Assembly: GCA_963723515.1 (NCBI GenBank)
Contig: CAVRQT010000002.1
Span: forward strand, 192,001-256,000
Length of the DNA stretch: 64,000 nucleotides
Reading direction: 5' to 3'
Source of the DNA: Vulcanimicrobiota bacterium
GTDB taxonomy: Bacteria > Vulcanimicrobiota > Vulcanimicrobiia > Vulcanimicrobiales > Vulcanimicrobiaceae
The notes under the pieces were generated by a model, which ran no database searches, was not told the origin of the DNA, and saw only the letters and a list, made by a program, of their open reading frames with translations. Shown one piece after another: positions 58,611-64,000 of this stretch. Position numbers and translations under genes: made by a program. The first letter of the stretch is position 1. Every line of letters begins with the position of its first letter.

Positions 58611-59761
58611 CCGACCTGCGCGGGCTGCGGCTCGGCGTGCTTGCGCCGATCACGTGGCCGACGCCGCCGCGCGGATACGGCCCTTGGGAACAAATCGCAT
58701 TCAATATTGCCGACGGCATGCGCCGGCGCGGTGTCGACGTTACGCTCTTCGCGACCGGAAATTCCCGATTTGCCGGAAAGCTGCAATCCGTTGTGCCGCT
58801 GGGCTTGGCGGAAGATCCGGCGCTCAACGGCGAGGTTTTCTCGGCCTTGCACATCGCAAAGTTCTTCGAAGCGGCTTCACAACTCGATCTGCTGCACAAC
58901 AACTTCGATTGGAAGCCGCTCACATATGCGCTGACGAGCGCCTCGCCGCCACTCGTAACGACGATTCACGGCTTCTCAGGGCCGCAGATTCTGGCGGCGT
59001 ACTATGCGGCGGCACAGCGAAGCTTCTACTGCTCGATCAGCAATGCAGATCGCGATCCCGGCCTCTCGTATCTCGGAACAACGTACAACGGCATCGAGCC
59101 AAAGCAATTTACGTTTCGCGACCGGCCGGGTGATTATTTGGCGTTCTTGGGACGCTTTCACATCGAGAAAGGCGTCCATCTTGCCATTGAGATCGCGAAA
59201 CGCAGCGGCATTCCGCTGAAGATTGCCGCGATTCCGCAAGACGAGCAGTATTTCAAGACGCAAGTCGAGCCGCACATCGATGGCAAGGTGGTGCAGTTCT
59301 TGGGGCCAGTGCATGGAAAGGCGCGCGACGATCTGCTCGGCGGCGCGCTCGCGCTCGTCATGATGACGACGCGACCGGAACGCTTCGGCCTGACGATCGT
59401 TGAGGCGATGGTTTGCGGAACGCCGGTGCTCGGCGCCGATATGGGTTCGATTCCGGAAATCATCATCGACGGCGAAACGGGTTTTCTTTGCAAGAGCGTT
59501 GACGACGCCGTCGCGCGCGTTCCGGAATTGCGAGATTTAGATCGCCGTGCTTGCCGGCGAAGGGTCGAAGAACAATTCACGGTCGAGCATATGGTCGACC
59601 GGTATGCCGACGCCTACGCGAAAGCGCTCGTGCAGCGCACGCCTCCGCCGCCGACGCCCGAACGACTGCAAGCGCGCGCGCACGATTGGTGGGATCGCCC
59701 GATGGCGTTCACCGACATCCCACCGAAGCCTAAGACGCCGGTGCACGACCTGCTGCAATGA
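58607..59761 (+). CDS. Glycosyltransferase family 4
   Basis: PPRGYGPWE, FLGRFHIEKG, ERFGLTIVEAMVCGTPV. Confidence 0.92.
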   Translation: MTDLRGLRLGVLAPITWPTPPRGYGPWEQIAFNIADGMRRRGVDVTLFATGNSRFAGKLQSVVPLGLAEDPALNGEVFSALHIAKFFEAASQLDLLHNNFDWKPLTYALTSASPPLVTTIHGFSGPQILAAYYAAAQRSFYCSISNADRDPGLSYLGTTYNGIEPKQFTFRDRPGDYLAFLGRFHIEKGVHLAIEIAKRSGIPLKIAAIPQDEQYFKTQVEPHIDGKVVQFLGPVHGKARDDLLGGALALVMMTTRPERFGLTIVEAMVCGTPVLGADMGSIPEIIIDGETGFLCKSVDDAVARVPELRDLDRRACRRRVEEQFTVEHMVDRYADAYAKALVQRTPPPPTPERLQARAHDWWDRPMAFTDIPPKPKTPVHDLLQ

Positions 59762-59786
59762 ATTTGTGACTACGACGCTAACGGCT

Positions 59787-60275
59787 TTACAGTTTGATTG
59801 AGCTGATGCGCTCCCGCATGTCGTCGATATACTGACGGAGGCGTTTCGCGATTGCTTCATCCGAGAGCGCGAGCATGCGCACCGCCAACAGCGCCGCATT
59901 CTTCGCGCCGCCGATCCCGACCGTCGCCACCGGAACGCCCGCCGGCATTTGCACGATGGAGAGGAGCGAATCGAGCCCGCCCATCGTTTGCGTTCTGATC
60001 GGCACGCCGATGACGGGCAATGTCGTCTTGGCTGCGATAACACCGGGAAGATGGGCGGCCCCTCCGGCGCCTGCAATGATCACGTGCAGGCCGCTTGCGA
60101 CGGCCTTCTCGGCAAACTCGAGCGTTGCATCAGGCGTGCGGTGCGCGGAGAGCACTTTGAGCTCGAACGGGATATCGAATTCCTGCAGCACATCGCGCGC
60201 GTCGCCCATCGTCTCCATATCGGAGACGCTGCCCATGATGATCGCAACTAACGGCGCATTCGGTTGACGGTCCAT
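59787..60275 (-). CDS. purE: N5-CAIR mutase
   Basis: [37 protein letters not shown]. Confidence 0.97.
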   Translation of the reverse strand: MDRQPNAPLVAIIMGSVSDMETMGDARDVLQEFDIPFELKVLSAHRTPDATLEFAEKAVASGLHVIIAGAGGAAHLPGVIAAKTTLPVIGVPIRTQTMGGLDSLLSIVQMPAGVPVATVGIGGAKNAALLAVRMLALSDEAIAKRLRQYIDDMRERISSIKL

Positions 60276-60352
60276 GGCGCGCGCTTTCGAGTCCCTCCTT
60301 GGCCCGCCCTCGAAAAGAGTGAGCGCGTTCGCCGCGAAGCGCGCAGGCCAAC

Positions 60353-61584
60353 GTGACTCGTTTTCGCATGGGAATCAATTACTGGCCTCGCCGCAGTGCG
60401 ATGTACATGTGGCAGCGATTCGATGCCGGCGAAGTGCGCGAGGACATGGCGCACATTGCGGCTCTCGGCTTAGATTGCGTGCGCTTCTTTCTTACTTGGG
60501 AAGACTTCCAACCTGAAGCAGCGCGAATCGACTCAACGGCGGTCAACAATCTGCATTTGGTCATGGATGCGATCTCGGACGCAGGGCTCGCGGCGATTCC
60601 TACGCTCTTTACCGGTCACATGAGCGGCGTCAACTGGCTGCCGGAGTGGACGCTGGACGCGCATACGCCGCATGGCCGCTTTCGAACCTACAGCCGCGGT
60701 CGCGAAGTGCCGTTCGGCATCGGCGATTTCTATCGCGAGCCATTGTTGACGGCGCAGCTGCTGCACGCCAAAGAAGTCGGCGCTTCATTAAAGGGACATC
60801 CCGCGCTTTGGCTGTGGGACGTCGGCAACGAGTTTTCAAACTTGCGTGAACCGCAAACGCCTGCCGATGCGGCGAATTGGAGCGCGGCGCTCACCAATAC
60901 GCTTGCCGAACATTCCGCAGCCGGAGTCACCGGAGGGACGCACGGTGAAGATCTGACGCGCGATCGCCACCTGCGGCCAAGCTCGATTTGTTCGCCCTGG
61001 ACATTTGCGACGATGCACGGCTACTCGGTCTATTTTCCACAATCGCGCGGACGCTTGGATCACGAAGTCGTGCCGTTTCTTTGCCAGTTGATGCAATCGT
61101 GTGCCGAAAAGCCGGTCTTCTTTAGCGAATTCGGCAATCCAACATGTCCGCCGGGCACCGTTTCACCGTACGACCGCGTGCCATTGCCCGGCGAAACGCG
61201 ACCACAAGCAAGCGCGATCCCCGCAAATGCCGCCGCATTTGCCTGTCTAACTGAAGACGAGATGTGCAGCTATGCCTATGCGGTGCTCGATCACTGCAGC
61301 GCAGAGGCGCCCTTGGAGCAATGTGGTGGTGCTACGCCGATTACGCGGACGAACTACGCGAGGTGCCGCCGTTCGATCGTGCTCCACATGAGCTGACGTT
61401 TGGCATCATCCGCGCCGATGGATCATCGAAGCCGATCGCACAGACGCTGCAGCAATTTGCCAAAGAAAATCGGCAGACGACGGCGTTGCCGCTGCCGCTG
61501 GTTGACGAAGCAGACTACTATGGCGGTCTGCCCGCGACGCTCTCGCAACACTATCGCCAGTATTGTGAAAGCGACGACGTATGA
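60353..61584 (+). CDS. Clan GH-A glycoside hydrolase (GH5/mannanase-like; apparent frameshift near 61295)
   Basis: [25 protein letters not shown] (acid/base), FSEFG (nucleophile), WWCYAD, HELTFG. Confidence 0.85.
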
Positions 61585-62676
61585 AAGCGATGATCGTGAC
61601 CGGTGCTTCAAGCGGCATCGGACGCGCCGTGGCACTGGCTGCGGCACAAGAAGATTTTGCGCTCGTCGCAGTCGGTCGCCGTACCGAGATGCTCGAGGAG
61701 GTCTCTCAACAAATTCACGCCGCCGGCGGACTGTGCACGACGGTGCCCGTTGATTTGCGTTCGCCCAATGCTGCTTCAGCAATCGTCTCGACGGCAATTC
61801 AGCGGTACGAGCGCATTGATGCGATCGTGCATGCGGCCGGAACGGCGGCCGCAGGATCGCTGCTCGCTCAATCCGATCCCCAGTTAGCCGAACAGTGGGA
61901 AATTCACGTGCTCGCGCCGCTTCGGCTGACGCGAGAAGCGCTCACGCCGCTACGCGCAACGCACGGACAGATTTTTCTCTTCGGCTCGGGCGTCGCCGCG
62001 GTTCCAACGCCGGGATTAGGCGCGTATCCGCCGATGAAGGCAGCGGTACGCGCAATGGCGACTCAGCTGCGGCGCGAATTGCACGATGACGACATTGCGG
62101 TAACGTATGTCGATCCAGGCGCCGTTGATACCCCGCTGATGGAACGCGCGCGTTTACGCGGGCCGGCAAAACGCTTGCGTATTTCGGCGGAGCGGCGTGG
62201 CGTCGCGCATCGTGCGCTCGCTGCGTTCCCGCCCCGGTCGGCTGAGCGTCGTTCCATGGCAAAGCGCAGCCGTTTCGCTTGGCGAGCTGCTGCCGGCGAT
62301 CACAGATCGCGTGCTCAAGCGCGATGCCGCACATCGCCGGCAGCGGAGCCGTTGCCCCAAAGCGAGGCCGAACAAATCGAGCCAATGGCGCCAACGCACC
62401 AAGCGGCGACCGCCTGCGACAACGCTCGATCAAGCGCTCGAGCCGCTCAAACGTCGACTCGAACGCGTGCGTCTCTCGCGCGAGTTCATCGCGTCGCTGC
62501 TCGTGCCGGGCACAACACTGCAGTTAAGCGAGGTTGCCATGCGTTGGGCCGGAATGCCGAACAAAAATGAACGCGCGGCTACGCACGAAATGCTCGATGC
62601 ATTCACGAATGCTGGGCTGCTCGAGGAGAGCGGAGAGGAAAGATGGATCGTTCGCAAATCAGCCGCCGCAACGTGA
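61581..62676 (+). CDS. SDR oxidoreductase with an extra C-terminal domain (apparent frameshifts)
   Basis: TGASSGIG, YPPMK (YxxxK), DPGAVDT; C-terminal part continues in ORF 62197-62676. Confidence 0.82.
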
Positions 62677-63513
62677 TACTGCGTGCCACGGCGTTAGCGA
62701 ATCGTTTTCGCAATCATCGGCGCAATGGCCGCGAACGCGCCGCAAATCGGACAGTGGGCGTTGCGCGGATCGCCCGCAGATCGTTGGTGAACTGAGCGCA
62801 ACGCCGCTTGCCGAATGGAACCGAACTCGACATCACGCAGTACCGGCGCAATTCGCATGCGTCTGATCACGCAACTACGACGCTCGATCGCACGAAGTAC
62901 GATGCATTTGATCATCGTGCGCGGCCGATTTTCGTGAGTTCATGCACGTGCATCCGGCGCTGCAGCGCCGGCCACTTTCGAATTCTGGTCGCGCTCTCAG
63001 GCGGACCAACGCTACTATGCCTATGCGGACACCACGCCGGCCGGTATCGGACAACAAGTCGTTCGCTTTACGCTCAAAGGCGGGTGAACCGCCGCCGGTG
63101 CAAGCCACAAAAGTTGCCGCTTCGTTGCCGCAAGTTGCTGCAGGTCCGTACGTCGTTCATCTCACGCGCACATTCTGCCGAGCGGACGACCGACAACGCT
63201 CGGCGTGACGATAACGCGAAGCGGTCGGTCTGGCATCAGATTTGCGTCCCTATCTCGGCGCAGCGGCGCATGTCGTCGTCATCGCGACCTCTGACTTGAG
63301 CTTACATTCACGTTCACCCGATGGCGCATGGTCAAAAGGATGCCGATGAGCGGGATGAGCATGCCCGATATGAAGCCCTCAGCAGCACGTCGATCCGCAT
63401 CTCGATTTCTATTTGCCGGCGTTAACGCATCGCGGCGCCTACAAGATGTGGTTGCAGTTCAGCGGCGGACGGCGGCGCTTTACGTCGCGCCGTTTACTCT
63501 TTCTGCGCGCTAA
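62673..63513 (+). CDS. Secreted His/Met-rich putative metal-binding protein (many apparent frameshifts)
   Basis: Fragments across frames: MHLIIVR, FMHVHP, PYLGAAAHVV, YIHVHP, MSGMSMPDM, YKMWLQF. Confidence 0.65.
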
Positions 63514-64000
63514 CTCGCGTCGGAATCGAGCGGAAAGCCGGATCTCCGCACTGCCACAAGAGGAACGAGTACTCATCGGTGAGCAGCTGCTCGGTCTGCG
63601 TCCGTGATGCCGCGAGGAAGCCATGTCCGGCATCGTAGTCAACGCGCAGCAGAATCGGCTTGCCGCTGCTCGTCGCTGCTTGCAAACGCGCCGTCATCTT
63701 CGCGAGCTCCCACGATGAAACGCGCGGATCGTTGTAGCCGGTGATCAGCATCACCCCCGGGTACGCAACGCCATCACGCACGTGGGCTAACGCATCCATG
63801 TCATAGAGCGCGCGAAATCCGGTCTCATTTTTCACGGTTCCGAACTCGGGGATGTTGGGAGGACCGTTCGGTGAAAATTCGGAGCGCATCGCATTGCTGA
63901 CGCCGACGACGTCGAGCGCAGCCGCAAAGAGGTCAGGACGGGTTGTGATCGCACGCCCGATCGTTATGCCGCCGGCACTGGTTCCTTCGCCGGCAAGATG
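63494..64000 (-). CDS. Prolyl oligopeptidase (S9) family, 3' part; starts beyond the window
   Basis: GTSAGG nucleophile elbow near 63975, NDPRV, DAGHG. Confidence 0.9.
   Translation of the reverse strand, partial: HLAGEGTSAGGITIGRAITTRPDLFAAALDVVGVSNAMRSEFSPNGPPNIPEFGTVKNETGFRALYDMDALAHVRDGVAYPGVMLITGYNDPRVSSWELAKMTARLQAATSSGKPILLRVDYDAGHGFLAASRTQTEQLLTDEYSFLLWQCGDPAFRSIPTRVSAQKE

Noticed and set aside
2681..63513. About 20 genes split across reading frames, suggesting pseudogenes or programmed frameshifting
   Set aside because: The breaks hit essential genes (argS, trmD, rplU, sufB) and are spread evenly with no common slippery motif. Long-read indel errors are the simplest explanation; read polishing would confirm.

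Overview
GC-rich bacterial chromosome segment made mostly of housekeeping and metabolic genes. No CRISPR array, rRNA, tRNA, transposase or phage gene is recognisable. The gene content pairs Firmicutes-like synteny (rplU-prp; trmD-rplS-lepB-lepB-rbgA-rnhB-yraN; pyrKDFE; chdC) with a TonB-dependent receptor, which implies a diderm cell. This suggests a Terrabacteria lineage such as Ca. Eremiobacterota, but that is inference only. About 20 genes, including essential ones (argS, trmD, rplU, sufB), are split across frames; this is most simply explained by long-read indel errors, so I merged the pieces and their boundaries are approximate. Main observations: (1) a dispersed ~105-bp intergenic element of three hairpins whose loops and linkers are conserved while the stems are fully exchanged but still pair (4 loci, one tandemly amplified); (2) a complete Bacillus-like class IV-type PHA cluster (phaJ-phaQ-phasin-phaR-like-phaB-phaC) in an apparently diderm host; (3) a multi-hairpin 5' leader ahead of speD-speE; (4) several readable regulatory sites (divergent SigW-type ECF promoters, tandem NrdR boxes, an Rrf2-like palindrome at sufB, a repeated operator for a winged-helix regulator); (5) several small ORFs missing from the ORF track, and a second REP-like family, one copy of which appears to supply the N-terminus of rbsC.
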